A DNA stretch of 64,000 bases from an uncultured Acidobacteriaceae bacterium (GTDB lineage Bacteria; Acidobacteriota; Terriglobia; Terriglobales; Acidobacteriaceae): positions 188,416 through 252,415 of the forward strand of contig CAVPPV010000001.1 of NCBI GenBank assembly GCA_963707325.1, in the 5' to 3' direction. The translations under genes were made by a program, and so were the position numbers. Position 1 is the stretch's first letter; every line of letters begins with the position of its first letter. This document shows positions 8,048 through 16,957 of this stretch, in pieces. The notes under the pieces were generated by a model. The model made no database searches, had not been told where the DNA came from, and was given only the letters and a program-made list of their open reading frames with translations.

Positions 8048-8860
8048 ATGCCTGTTTCCCTTGATCAGATTGTGAACTCCACGCGCGGGAAGGTGGCTGC
8101 GGCCAAACGTGCGGCTGATCTTGGCGAGTTAGGGCGGCGGGCGGAACAGCATGTGCCGCGCGGGTTTCGGCGGGCGCTGGAGGAACGGAGCAGAGCTGGC
8201 TTGGCGGTGATTGCGGAGTTGAAGAAGGCGTCGCCGTCGAAGGGATTGATCCGAGCGGAGTTTCATGTGGAGGAGTTGGCGCGGGAGTTGGAGGCGGCGG
8301 GGGCGGCGGCGCTTTCGGTGCTGACGGATGAGGAGTTTTTTCAGGGATCGCTGGAGAATCTGCGGCTGGCTTCGGGGGCGGTGAAGGCGCCTTGTCTGCG
8401 CAAAGATTTTATTGTGGATGAATTTCAGTTGCTGGAGGCGCGGGCGAATTCGGCGGATGCGGTGTTGCTGATTGTGGCGGCTTTGACGAACGCGGAACTG
8501 AATCGGCTGGCGCTGGGCGCGGGTTTGCATGGGCTGGACGTTTTGTGCGAAGTGCACGATGAAGAAGAATTGCAGCGGGCTGTGGATGCAGGGTGCGATT
8601 TGATTGGCGTGAACACGCGCGATCTGCGGACGTTCCAGGTGGATGCGGAGACGGCGTTCCGGTTGGCAGGGCGGATTCCGAAGAATGTGGTGCGGGTGGC
8701 GGAGAGCGGGATTGGGTCGGGAGAGGACATTGCGCGGCTGCGGGCGGCGGGGTATCAGGCGTTTCTGATTGGTGAGTCGCTGATGCGGGCGGAGTCGCCT
8801 GGGGAAGTTTTGCGTGCTTTAGTTGCTGGTGCCGAGTACCGAGTGCCGAGTGGACGGTGA
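8048..8860 (+). CDS. trpC: Indole-3-glycerol phosphate synthase
   Basis: IAELKKASPSKGLI, LSVLTDEEFFQGS, IGVNTRDL motifs. Confidence 0.95.
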   Translation: MPVSLDQIVNSTRGKVAAAKRAADLGELGRRAEQHVPRGFRRALEERSRAGLAVIAELKKASPSKGLIRAEFHVEELARELEAAGAAALSVLTDEEFFQGSLENLRLASGAVKAPCLRKDFIVDEFQLLEARANSADAVLLIVAALTNAELNRLALGAGLHGLDVLCEVHDEEELQRAVDAGCDLIGVNTRDLRTFQVDAETAFRLAGRIPKNVVRVAESGIGSGEDIARLRAAGYQAFLIGESLMRAESPGEVLRALVAGAEYRVPSGR

Positions 8861-8969
8861 GCGGGTTGGTTTCTTGGTCGTGGCAGGGAACAGCAGGTTC
8901 CTCGCCGGCTTCGCCGGTTCGGAATGACAAGTATTTATTTTGTTGTGGGTGGTTCGGTCGCGAGTCATA

Positions 8970-9031
8970 GGGATCCTTCGACTGCGGTTGTGCTTCGCAT
9001 TCGCGAAGCACAATCCTCGCTCGGGATGACA
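8970..9031 (+). repeat. REP family B element
   Basis: Same sequence family as 7887-7948. Confidence 0.85.
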
Positions 9032-9040
9032 AGATCTGAA

Positions 9041-9703
9041 ATGACGTGGATCAAGATTTGTGGGATGACGAATTTGGAGGATGCGCTGGTGGCGGTTGAG
9101 GCCGGGGCGGATGCGGTGGGATTTGTGTTCTATGAGAAGAGTCCGCGGAATGTCAGCGTTGAGGCGGCGCGAGCGATTGTGGAAAAGCTGCCGGGGAGCG
9201 TGGAGAAGGTGGGAGTGTTCGTGAACGAATCGCCTGAGCGCGTGTCGGCGGTTGCGGGTGAGGTCGGCCTGACGGCAGTGCAGTTTCATGGGGATGAATA
9301 CGAAAACCCTGAGAAATACGCGGTCAGCCGGAAAGCGTTCTTTTGCCTCCCGGCAGTGGAGACCCTGCAGAAGTGGAAGAACAGTGTTTTCTTCACGTTT
9401 CAACATTTTCCAAATCTGGCCGGCGTGATGCTGGATTCCGGTACGGGCGAGGCTCGCGGTGGCACGGGCAAGACGTTTGCATGGGGAGAAGCGTATGGAT
9501 TTGTCAGGACGACGGGCGCGCTACATCCCGTCGTGATTGCGGGCGGGTTGACGCCAGCAAATGTTGAGTGGGCGATTGAATTTCTGGCTCCTTGGGGAGT
9601 GGACGTGGCGTCGGGAGTGGAGGCTCGGCCGGGGAAGAAGGATCCGGAGAAGGTGCGGGCGTTTGTGAAGGCGGTACGGGACGCGGAGAAGGCCGGGGGC
9701 TAA
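9041..9703 (+). CDS. trpF: Phosphoribosylanthranilate isomerase
   Basis: MTWIKICGMTNLEDA..GADAVGFVFYEKSPRNV..QFHGDE. Confidence 0.93.
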   Translation: MTWIKICGMTNLEDALVAVEAGADAVGFVFYEKSPRNVSVEAARAIVEKLPGSVEKVGVFVNESPERVSAVAGEVGLTAVQFHGDEYENPEKYAVSRKAFFCLPAVETLQKWKNSVFFTFQHFPNLAGVMLDSGTGEARGGTGKTFAWGEAYGFVRTTGALHPVVIAGGLTPANVEWAIEFLAPWGVDVASGVEARPGKKDPEKVRAFVKAVRDAEKAGG

Positions 9704-9757
9704 AGCCCTACTTCCTTATGCACCCTTACGCGGCGCTGAAGCGCCGCTCTTCCACGG
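9695..9757 (+). repeat. REP family A doublet; the trpF stop codon lies in the first hairpin loop
   Basis: gggggcTAAagccc ... gcggcgctgaagcgccgctcttccacgg. Confidence 0.85.
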
Positions 9758-9926
9758 CGCGGAGGCAGCTGTGGGTAGTGGCCGCGTGTCTGCTGACGGA
9801 GGCGACAGCGGGTTCCTCTCCGGCTTCGCCGGTTCGGAATGACAAAGGGCTCCGGTTAGGAATGACAAGGATTCCGCTTCGGAAATACAAGAGTTGAGGT
9901 GAGTTCGGAAAGACGGCGATTTAGAA

Positions 9927-11234
9927 ATGGCTACGCTTTCGACAACTACGAAGGTCAAAATCCCCATTTCTCGCGCACAAACCGCGCGAGAAATGGGGCA
10001 CCCGCGTTCGGAAAGTAATACGGCAGAGCCTGGGAGGTTTGGGGTTTATGGCGGGCGGTATGTGCCGGAGACTTTGATGGCTGCGCTCGAAGAACTCGAG
10101 CGGGAGTATGAGAAGGCGCGGCGCGATCCGAAATTTCAGAAGAGGTTGGAGGAGTTGCTGCGGACGTATGCCGGGCGTCCTACGGCGCTTTCGTTTGCGG
10201 GGCGCCTTACGGAGAAGCTGGGTGGTGCGAAGATTTATTTGAAGCGGGAGGATTTGCTGCACACCGGGGCACACAAGATCAATAACTGTTTGGGACAGGC
10301 GCTGCTGGTGGAGCGCATGGGCAAGCGTCGCGTGATCGCGGAGACCGGCGCGGGGCAGCACGGCGTGGCTACGGCTACGGTTTGTGCTTTGTTGGGATTT
10401 GAATGCGTGGTGTACATGGGGACCGAGGACATGCGGCGGCAGGAGTTGAATGTGTTCCGCATGCGGTTGTTGGGAGCGGAAGTGCGCGGGGTGGACGCGG
10501 GGTCGCGGACATTGAAGGATGCGATCAATGAGGCGATGCGCGACTGGGTCACGAATGTGAGGACGACACATTATTTGTTGGGGAGCGTGCTGGGGGCGCA
10601 TCCGTATCCGACGATGGTGAGGGATTTTCATCGGGTGATTGGGCGGGAGGCGCGGGCGCAGATTTTGAAGGCGGAGGGGAAACTTCCGGCGGCGGTGATC
10701 GCATGTGTGGGCGGGGGATCGAATGCGATTGGGATTTTTTATGAGTTTATAAAAGATAAGAAGGTTCGATTGATTGGAGTGGAGGCGGGCGGGCGCGGCG
10801 CGGCGCTAGGCGAACATGCGGCGCGGTTTCGAGGAGGGTCTCCGGGAGTTTTGCAGGGGACTTATTCTTACGTGCTGCAGGATGCGGCGGGGCAGATTGC
10901 GAATACGCATTCGGTTTCGGCGGGGCTGGATTATCCGTCGATCGGGCCGGAACATGCGGCGTTGCGAGATTCGGGGCGGGCGGAGTATGTTTCCGCGTCG
11001 GATGCGGAGGCGCTGGAGGCAACTACTTTGCTGGCGCGGACGGAGGGGATTATTCCGGCTTTGGAGTCGGCTCATGCGGTGGCTGAGGTAGTGAAACGGG
11101 CGCCTGGGATGAGGAAATCCGATGTGGTGATTGTGAATATTTCAGGGCGCGGGGATAAGGATATTGGGATTATGCGGGAGTCACTTTCGCTGGAAGGAAA
11201 GTCAAAGTCTTTACCACAGAGGGACACGGGGTAA
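9927..11234 (+). CDS. trpB: Tryptophan synthase beta chain
   Basis: [32 protein letters not shown]. An alternative start at 9993 lies inside a REP. Confidence 0.96.
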   Translation: MATLSTTTKVKIPISRAQTAREMGHPRSESNTAEPGRFGVYGGRYVPETLMAALEELEREYEKARRDPKFQKRLEELLRTYAGRPTALSFAGRLTEKLGGAKIYLKREDLLHTGAHKINNCLGQALLVERMGKRRVIAETGAGQHGVATATVCALLGFECVVYMGTEDMRRQELNVFRMRLLGAEVRGVDAGSRTLKDAINEAMRDWVTNVRTTHYLLGSVLGAHPYPTMVRDFHRVIGREARAQILKAEGKLPAAVIACVGGGSNAIGIFYEFIKDKKVRLIGVEAGGRGAALGEHAARFRGGSPGVLQGTYSYVLQDAAGQIANTHSVSAGLDYPSIGPEHAALRDSGRAEYVSASDAEALEATTLLARTEGIIPALESAHAVAEVVKRAPGMRKSDVVIVNISGRGDKDIGIMRESLSLEGKSKSLPQRDTG

Positions 11235-11254
11235 CACAGGGTAAAGCTTGGTGC

Positions 11255-12085
11255 TTGGCGATTTCGAATATGCCTTTATCTCTTTACAGGAAGCCGGGGC
11301 TGGTGGTGTATGTGACTTGCGGGGATCCGGATCTCGCGACCACGCGGGCGGTGGTGCTGGCTGCGATTGCGGCTGGGGCGGATGTGATTGAGTTGGGTGT
11401 GCCGTTCAGCGATCCGGTGGCGGATGGGCCGGTGATCCAGCGGGCTAGCGAGCGGGCGCTGAAGCACGGGACCTGCCTGGCGCAGGTGTTGACGCTGGCG
11501 GCGGAGGTGCGGGAACATGCGCAGTCGACGGGGCTGGTGGTGTTTTCGTATTTGAATCCGATATTGCGGATGGGGATGGAGAAGTTCTGTATGGTGGCGC
11601 GAGCCGCGGGAGTGGATGGCGTGCTGGTGACGGATTTGCCGGTGGAAGAGGCGGGAGAATATCTGCGGGCTATGCGGGCGCATGATCTGGCGCCGGTGTT
11701 TCTGGCGGCGCCGACCAGTCCAGATGAACGGTTGAAGCGGATCGCGGAAGCTTCGCGGGGATTTGTTTATGCGGTGTCGCGGACGGGAGTGACCGGGGCG
11801 CGGCAGAAGTTGGCGAGTGATGCGCAAAAGTTGGTGCGGCGGTTGCGGCGTGTGACTAAGTTGCCGGTCGCGGTGGGGTTCGGGATTTCGAATGCGGAAC
11901 AGTTTGCGGAAGTGGGTGAGTTTGCGGATGCAGTGGTGGTGGGGAGTGCGATTGTGGAGACGATCGAACGGAATCGCGGGCGGGAAGCGGCGGCAGTGGG
12001 AGAGTTTGTGAGGGGGCTGTCAGCTGTCAGCTATCAGCCATCAGAAGCTCGGCGTAGGACCTCGGACGTTGGACCTCCGACCTGA
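11255..12085 (+). CDS. trpA: Tryptophan synthase alpha chain
   Basis: YVTCGDPD..ELGVPFSDPVADGPVIQ..GFGIS. Alternative ATG at 11270. The C-terminus is encoded by word-repeat sequence. Confidence 0.94.
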   Translation: MAISNMPLSLYRKPGLVVYVTCGDPDLATTRAVVLAAIAAGADVIELGVPFSDPVADGPVIQRASERALKHGTCLAQVLTLAAEVREHAQSTGLVVFSYLNPILRMGMEKFCMVARAAGVDGVLVTDLPVEEAGEYLRAMRAHDLAPVFLAAPTSPDERLKRIAEASRGFVYAVSRTGVTGARQKLASDAQKLVRRLRRVTKLPVAVGFGISNAEQFAEVGEFADAVVVGSAIVETIERNRGREAAAVGEFVRGLSAVSYQPSEARRRTSDVGPPT

Positions 12086-12188
12086 GTCTGGAATCGCGCC
12101 TTCGCCAAAGAATGCAGCGGCGCGGTATCGCTGCATCCTGCCGATCATATTAGGGTTTGCTGACGGCTGATAGCTGAAGGCTGAGAGC
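12015..12188. repeat. Long imperfect palindrome built from cagctatcagc words
   Basis: The left arm at 12015-12044 lies inside the trpA 3' end. It is complementary to the right arm at 12160-12188. Confidence 0.7.
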
Positions 12189-12196
12189 TGGTTTTC

Positions 12197-12511
12197 ATGG
12201 ATATTGCGGATTGGCGGAAGAAGATTGATGAGGTCGACCGGCGGCTGGTGGAGTTGCTGAGCGAACGGGCGCGGGCGGCGGTGGAGATTGGGCGGCTGAA
12301 GCGGGATACGAATTTGCCGATTTACGAGCCGGAGCGGGAGCGGATTGTTTTTGAGAATGTGCAGGAGATGAATCGGGGTCCGCTGCCGGGGCGGGATTTG
12401 GTGAGGATTTTTGAGCGGATCATGGATGTGATGCGGAATGTGCAGAAGGAAGGGATTGGGGAGAAGGCGGAAGGGGCGGGGACGGAGTTGGATTCGGAAG
12501 TGGATGATTGA
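12197..12511 (+). CDS. Chorismate mutase (AroQ class)
   Basis: RKKIDEVDRRLVELLSERARAAVEIGRLK..PIYEPERE..IFERIM. Confidence 0.9.
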   Translation: MDIADWRKKIDEVDRRLVELLSERARAAVEIGRLKRDTNLPIYEPERERIVFENVQEMNRGPLPGRDLVRIFERIMDVMRNVQKEGIGEKAEGAGTELDSEVDD

Positions 12512-12514
12512 AAT

Positions 12515-12574
12515 AGCTTTCAGCTATCAGCTATCAGCCAAACACTGAAAGCTGATAGCTGAGAGCTGACAGCC
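12515..12574. repeat. Hairpin of cagctatcagc / gctgatagctg words
   Basis: agctttcagctatcagctatcagcc-aaacac-tgaaagctgatagctgagagctgacagcc. Confidence 0.75.
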
Positions 12575-12586
12575 AAGGGTTTCCCT

Positions 12587-13606
12587 ATGATTGTGGCGAT
12601 GCAGGACATTGCGGATGAGGGACAGATTCAGCAGGTAATTGAGCACCTAGTGAAGATGGGGTTTGAGGTGCACCGGTCGACCGGGGCGCGGCAAACCGTG
12701 CTGGGCGCGGTGGGAGCGGGGATTGATTTCGACATCCGCAACCTGGAGTTGCTGCCGGGAGTGCAGGAAGTCCATCGCATCAGTTCTCCGTACAAACTGG
12801 CGGGGAAAGGCTTTCGTCCTGAGGGGACGGTCGTCAGGCTGGCGAATGACGTGGCCATTGGAGGAAACGAAGTGGTGGTGATGGCGGGGCCGTGTTCGGT
12901 GGAGACGCGGGAACAGTTGTTTGCTACGGCGGAGGCGGTGGCGAAGGCCGGGGCGCGCGGGCTACGGGGCGGGGCGTTCAAGCCGAGGAGTTCTCCTTAT
13001 TCTTTTCAGGGGCATGGAGAAGACGCGCTGAAATTGCTGCGGGAGGCGGGAGACAAGTTCAAGCTGCTGGTGATCAGCGAGGTGATGGAGATCTCGCAGA
13101 TTCCGATGATGATGCCGTATGTCGACATCCTGCAGGTGGGAGCGCGCAACATGCAGAACTTCAATCTGCTGCGCGAGTTGGGAAAGGTGCGCAAGCCGGT
13201 GCTGCTGAAGCGCGGGATCGCGGCGACTTTGGAGGAGTTGCTGCTGTCGGCGGAATACATTATGGCGGGCGGAAATTATGAAGTGATTTTGTGCGAGCGC
13301 GGGATCCGGACGTTTGAAACTTACACGCGGAACACGATGGATATTTCTGCGATCCCGATTATTCATAAGCTGTCGCATCTGCCGATGACAGCGGATCCGT
13401 CGCATGGGACGGGGCGGCGCGATAAAGTTGCGCCGATGGCGCGGGCGTCGGTGGCGGCGGGAGCGGATGCGCTACTGATTGAAGTGCATTGCACGCCGGA
13501 TAAGGCGTGGTCGGACGGGGCGCAGTCGCTGTTTCCCGAGCAGTTCGCGAAGCTGATGGATGAGTTGCGGATGATTGCGCCGGCAGTGGGGAGGAAGATC
13601 GGGTGA
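12587..13606 (+). CDS. aroF: 3-deoxy-7-phosphoheptulonate (DAHP) synthase, class I-beta with N-terminal regulatory domain
   Basis: N-terminal ferredoxin-like domain followed by GPCSVE..LRGGAFKPRSSPYSFQG..DPSHG. Confidence 0.92.
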   Translation: MIVAMQDIADEGQIQQVIEHLVKMGFEVHRSTGARQTVLGAVGAGIDFDIRNLELLPGVQEVHRISSPYKLAGKGFRPEGTVVRLANDVAIGGNEVVVMAGPCSVETREQLFATAEAVAKAGARGLRGGAFKPRSSPYSFQGHGEDALKLLREAGDKFKLLVISEVMEISQIPMMMPYVDILQVGARNMQNFNLLRELGKVRKPVLLKRGIAATLEELLLSAEYIMAGGNYEVILCERGIRTFETYTRNTMDISAIPIIHKLSHLPMTADPSHGTGRRDKVAPMARASVAAGADALLIEVHCTPDKAWSDGAQSLFPEQFAKLMDELRMIAPAVGRKIG

Positions 13607-13738
13607 TTTTGCGATCGGGCCATCGGGCGATTGGTCCGAAAATTTGGGCGATTGGGCGATCGGGTCATCGGGCGATTGAAAACCGTCTCTGCCTCCTTCC
13701 TGTTCTTAAATTGCCCGATCACAAAATCGCGCAATCGC
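13605..13738. repeat. Palindrome built from gcgatcggg / cccgatc words
   Basis: gattttgcgatcgggc at 13605-13620 is complementary to gcccgatcacaaaatc near 13712-13727. Multiple cgattggg/cgatcggg words lie between. Confidence 0.65.
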
Positions 13739-13748
13739 TTAATTTCTT

Positions 13749-14612
13749 ATGCCAATTCGGCAAATCACGATTGTTGGGACCGGGTTGATCGGCGGATCGT
13801 TTGCGCTGGCGCTGCGGAAGCGACATTTCGCGGGGCGGATTGTGGGGTGTGACCGGGAGTCGGCGCTGAAGAAGGCGAAGATGCGGGGCGTGATCGACAG
13901 CGGGTTTGTCGAGCCCGGCGACGCGGTGCGCGGGAGCCAGTTGGTGGTGCTGGCTACGCCGGTGCTGGCCATTGTGGATTTGATTAGGCGGCTGGGGCCG
14001 GGGCTGCCTTCGACTACCTTGCTGACCGATGTGGGCAGCACGAAGGCGGCGGTGGCGCAACAGGCGCTGAACGTGTTTGGGAAGAATGCGGGGAAGCGGT
14101 TTCTGGGCGGGCATCCCATGGCAGGAAAGGAGCATAGCGGCGTGGATTATGCGGATGCCGACTTGTTTCAGAATGCGGTGTGGTTCCTGACGCCCCTGCC
14201 GGGACAGAATCTGCATGAAGGATTGTTCGCGGAATTTGCGGGATGGATCGATCAGATTGGGGCGCGGATTGCGATGTTGCCGGCGGAGGACCACGACCGG
14301 CTGTGTGCGTGGATCAGCCACTTGCCGCAGATGATTTCTACGGCGCTGGCGGCGGCGCTGGTGGATGAGTTTGGCGAAGAGGCGCCGTTGCTTCCGGCGG
14401 GTGGGAGGGCTTTGCAGGAAATGACGCGGATTTCGGCGAGCCCTTATTCGATGTGGCGGGATATTGCGATCAGCAACAGGGACAATCTGTCGGACGCGCT
14501 GTTCAAGGTAGAGCAGCGGCTGGCGCACATCCGGGAGAATTTGGCGACGCGGCAGTTGGCGGAGGAGTTTGAGCTGGCGCATGGGTTGAGGAAGACGCCG
14601 GGGAAAAAATAG
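13749..14612 (+). CDS. tyrA: Prephenate/arogenate dehydrogenase
   Basis: ITIVGTGLIGGSFALAL Rossmann motif, GGHPMAGKE. Confidence 0.9.
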   Translation: MPIRQITIVGTGLIGGSFALALRKRHFAGRIVGCDRESALKKAKMRGVIDSGFVEPGDAVRGSQLVVLATPVLAIVDLIRRLGPGLPSTTLLTDVGSTKAAVAQQALNVFGKNAGKRFLGGHPMAGKEHSGVDYADADLFQNAVWFLTPLPGQNLHEGLFAEFAGWIDQIGARIAMLPAEDHDRLCAWISHLPQMISTALAAALVDEFGEEAPLLPAGGRALQEMTRISASPYSMWRDIAISNRDNLSDALFKVEQRLAHIRENLATRQLAEEFELAHGLRKTPGKK

Positions 14613-14615
14613 AAC

Positions 14616-14800
14616 CTACCACGGAGACACGGAGACACGGAGGCACTGAGAAAATCAATTGCTGATTGTTGATTTCTGATTGCTGATTAGGATCAACTGT
14701 CGCTGAAGGAATTGGCTCACGGAATTCCGCTCTTCAATCAACAATCAGCAATCACAAATCAGCAATTTCTTTTTCTCGGTAGCTCCGTGTCTCCGTGGTG
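14616..14800. repeat. Nested palindrome of about 185 nt (outer ccacggagacacggag arms, inner ctgattg word arms)
   Basis: 14616-14650 pairs with 14770-14800. 14651-14688 pairs with 14736-14769. A small central hairpin is ggaatt..aattcc. Confidence 0.8.
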
Positions 14801-14824
14801 AATTTCATTTAGAATGCGGACGTT

Positions 14825-15532
14825 ATGAATAAAGTGGTGAGCAGTGCGGATGAGGCGATTCGCGATGTAGGGGATGGCTCGGTCATTATGATCGGGGGAT
14901 TCGGGCTGTGCGGGATCCCGGAGAATTTGATTCGCGCGCTGGTGCGCAAGGGATCGAAGAACTTGACGACCATCAGCAATAACGCAGGAGTCGATGGACT
15001 TGGACTTGGGTTGCTGCTGGCGGCGGGACAGATTCGGCGGCACATTGGAACTTATGTGGGCGAGAACAAGCTGCTGGAATCTATGGTGCTGACGGGGAAG
15101 GTACAGCTGGATTTGGTGCCGCAGGGGACATTCTCGGAGCGGATTCGGGCTGGGGGTGCGGGGATTCCGGCGTTTTTTACACCTACGGGCGTGGGGACTG
15201 TCGTGGCCGACGGCAAGGAGACACGGGAGTTCGATGGACGGCTTTACGTGATGGAGCGGTGGCTGAAGGCGGACTTTGCGTTTGTGCGGGCGTGGAAGGG
15301 CGACCGCATGGGGAATCTGGTGTACCGGAAGACGGCGCGGAATTTTAATCCCATGATGGCGACGGCGGCGACGGTGACGATCGCGGAGGTGGAGCAGTTG
15401 GTGGAGGTGGGAGAGTTGGACGGGGATGCGATCATTACGCCTTCGGTGTACGTGAAGCGGATTTTTCAAGGGGAGTTGTACGAGAGAAGGATTGAGAAGC
15501 GGACGGTGAGGAAGGCAGTAGTTAGTGGCTAG
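14825..15532 (+). CDS. scoA: 3-oxoacid CoA-transferase subunit A
   Basis: MNKVVSSADEAI..GDGSVIMIGGFGLCGIPENLI. Confidence 0.93.
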   Translation: MNKVVSSADEAIRDVGDGSVIMIGGFGLCGIPENLIRALVRKGSKNLTTISNNAGVDGLGLGLLLAAGQIRRHIGTYVGENKLLESMVLTGKVQLDLVPQGTFSERIRAGGAGIPAFFTPTGVGTVVADGKETREFDGRLYVMERWLKADFAFVRAWKGDRMGNLVYRKTARNFNPMMATAATVTIAEVEQLVEVGELDGDAIITPSVYVKRIFQGELYERRIEKRTVRKAVVSG

Positions 15533-15586
15533 TGGCTAATACCTAGTACCTAGTACCTAGTACGACCTCGGGTCTCAGGGAGGGTA

Positions 15587-15648
15587 GGCATCCTTCGACT
15601 GTGGTTGTGCTTCGCTTTCGCGAAGCACAATCCTCGCTCAGGATGACA
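15587..15648 (+). repeat. REP family B element
   Basis: Same family as 7887-7948. Confidence 0.8.
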
Positions 15649-15662
15649 GAGCTAAGAAAACT

Positions 15663-16337
15663 ATGGAAAAACCTGGTAAAGACGTGGAGAAGCGGGATCG
15701 GATTGTGAAGCGGATTGCGCGCGAGTTGCGGGATGGGTTCTATGTGAACCTGGGGATTGGGATGCCTACGCTGATCTCGAATCATGTTCCGGCGGGGATG
15801 GAAGTTATTCTTCAATCGGAGAATGGGATGCTGGGGATTGGACCTTATCCGGTGGAGGGGCAGGAGGATTCTGACCTGATCAACGCCAGCAAGGAAACGG
15901 TAAGCGAGATGCCGGGGACGTCGTATTTTTCGAGCGCGGATTCGTTTGCCATGATCCGTGGCGGGCACGTGGATTTGAGCGTGCTGGGCGCGATGGAAGT
16001 GGATGAGGCGGGAAACCTGGCGAACTGGATGATCCCCGGGAAAATGGTGAAGGGGATGGGCGGTGCGATGGACCTGGTGGCGGGGACGCGGCGGACGGTG
16101 GTGGCGATGGAACATACGACTCGCGACGGCGTGCCGAAGATTTTGAAGAAGTGTACTTTGCCGCTGACCGGCGTGGGCGTGGTGGATACGATTGTGACGG
16201 AGATGGCGTACATCCGGGTGACGAAGGAGGGGTTGGTGCTGGAGGAAGTGGCTCCGGGACTGACGGCGGAGGATGTGCAGCGGGCGACGGAAGCGAAGTT
16301 GATTGTGAGTAAGGGGTTGAAGGTGATGGAGAATTAG
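15663..16337 (+). CDS. scoB: 3-oxoacid CoA-transferase subunit B
   Basis: [31 protein letters not shown]. Confidence 0.93.
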   Translation: MEKPGKDVEKRDRIVKRIARELRDGFYVNLGIGMPTLISNHVPAGMEVILQSENGMLGIGPYPVEGQEDSDLINASKETVSEMPGTSYFSSADSFAMIRGGHVDLSVLGAMEVDEAGNLANWMIPGKMVKGMGGAMDLVAGTRRTVVAMEHTTRDGVPKILKKCTLPLTGVGVVDTIVTEMAYIRVTKEGLVLEEVAPGLTAEDVQRATEAKLIVSKGLKVMEN

Positions 16338-16347
16338 GGCGGCCCTC

Positions 16348-16410
16348 GGGGGCTAAAGCCCTGTCTTTTTTCTAAGCTTTACGCGGCGCTGAAGCGCCGC
16401 CCTTCCACGG
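16348..16410 (+). repeat. REP family A doublet
   Basis: gggggctaaagccc ... gcggcgctgaagcgccgcccttccacgg. Confidence 0.85.
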
Positions 16411-16538
16411 TATTCCAGGCGTTCGGGGAGTTCCCACCCGACCTATTTGCGATTTCAACCCTTGCAATTCCTCCTCTTGCGGGGTCGCTACAATGCCGGA
16501 GTTTTCTCGCGCTTAACTCCGAACAGCCGTTGAGCCGC

Positions 16539-16739
16539 TTAGATCCGGAATGGGGCCGCTAGCAGGCGGAATGGGAGTGTGATCGCCAGGTAGATGATCT
16601 CCAACACGCCGTGGACGGCTACGCCCAGGATGCGGAACGGGAGCAGCAGCAGCCAGACGAATGGGTAGGCGACCAGCGCCAGAATGGCCAGGGGCCAGCA
16701 GAGTACGAAGAGGATGCACCACAGGAGGAAAGTGAACAT
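16539..16739 (-). CDS. Small hydrophobic membrane protein (hypothetical)
   Basis: 66 aa with two predicted TM helices. Strong AAGGAGG 7 nt upstream of the ATG. Confidence 0.55.
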   Translation of the reverse strand: MFTFLLWCILFVLCWPLAILALVAYPFVWLLLLPFRILGVAVHGVLEIIYLAITLPFRLLAAPFRI

Positions 16740-16957
16740 AATGAGGCCTCCTTATCTTTCTAGTTGATTGTACGGCGGCGGCGAGGGGAAAGTTCCGTTC
16801 ACGCCTTTGAGTTTGCAGAAGTGCGAAAAGCAATGAGCACATATGGAAACGCCTTGCGGAGCCAACGTGGCGCGGAGTGAAAGGGATCCTTCGACTGCGG
16901 TTGTGCTTCGCTTCGCGAAGCACCTTCGCTCAGGATGACAAACTTGCACTGTCACGC

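Noticed and set aside
15520-15565. ctagtacctagtac / tagtggctagtgg word run at the scoA 3' end and just downstream, as a hairpin
   Set aside because: The two halves are not complementary. I kept it only as an example of word repeats, not as a structural element.
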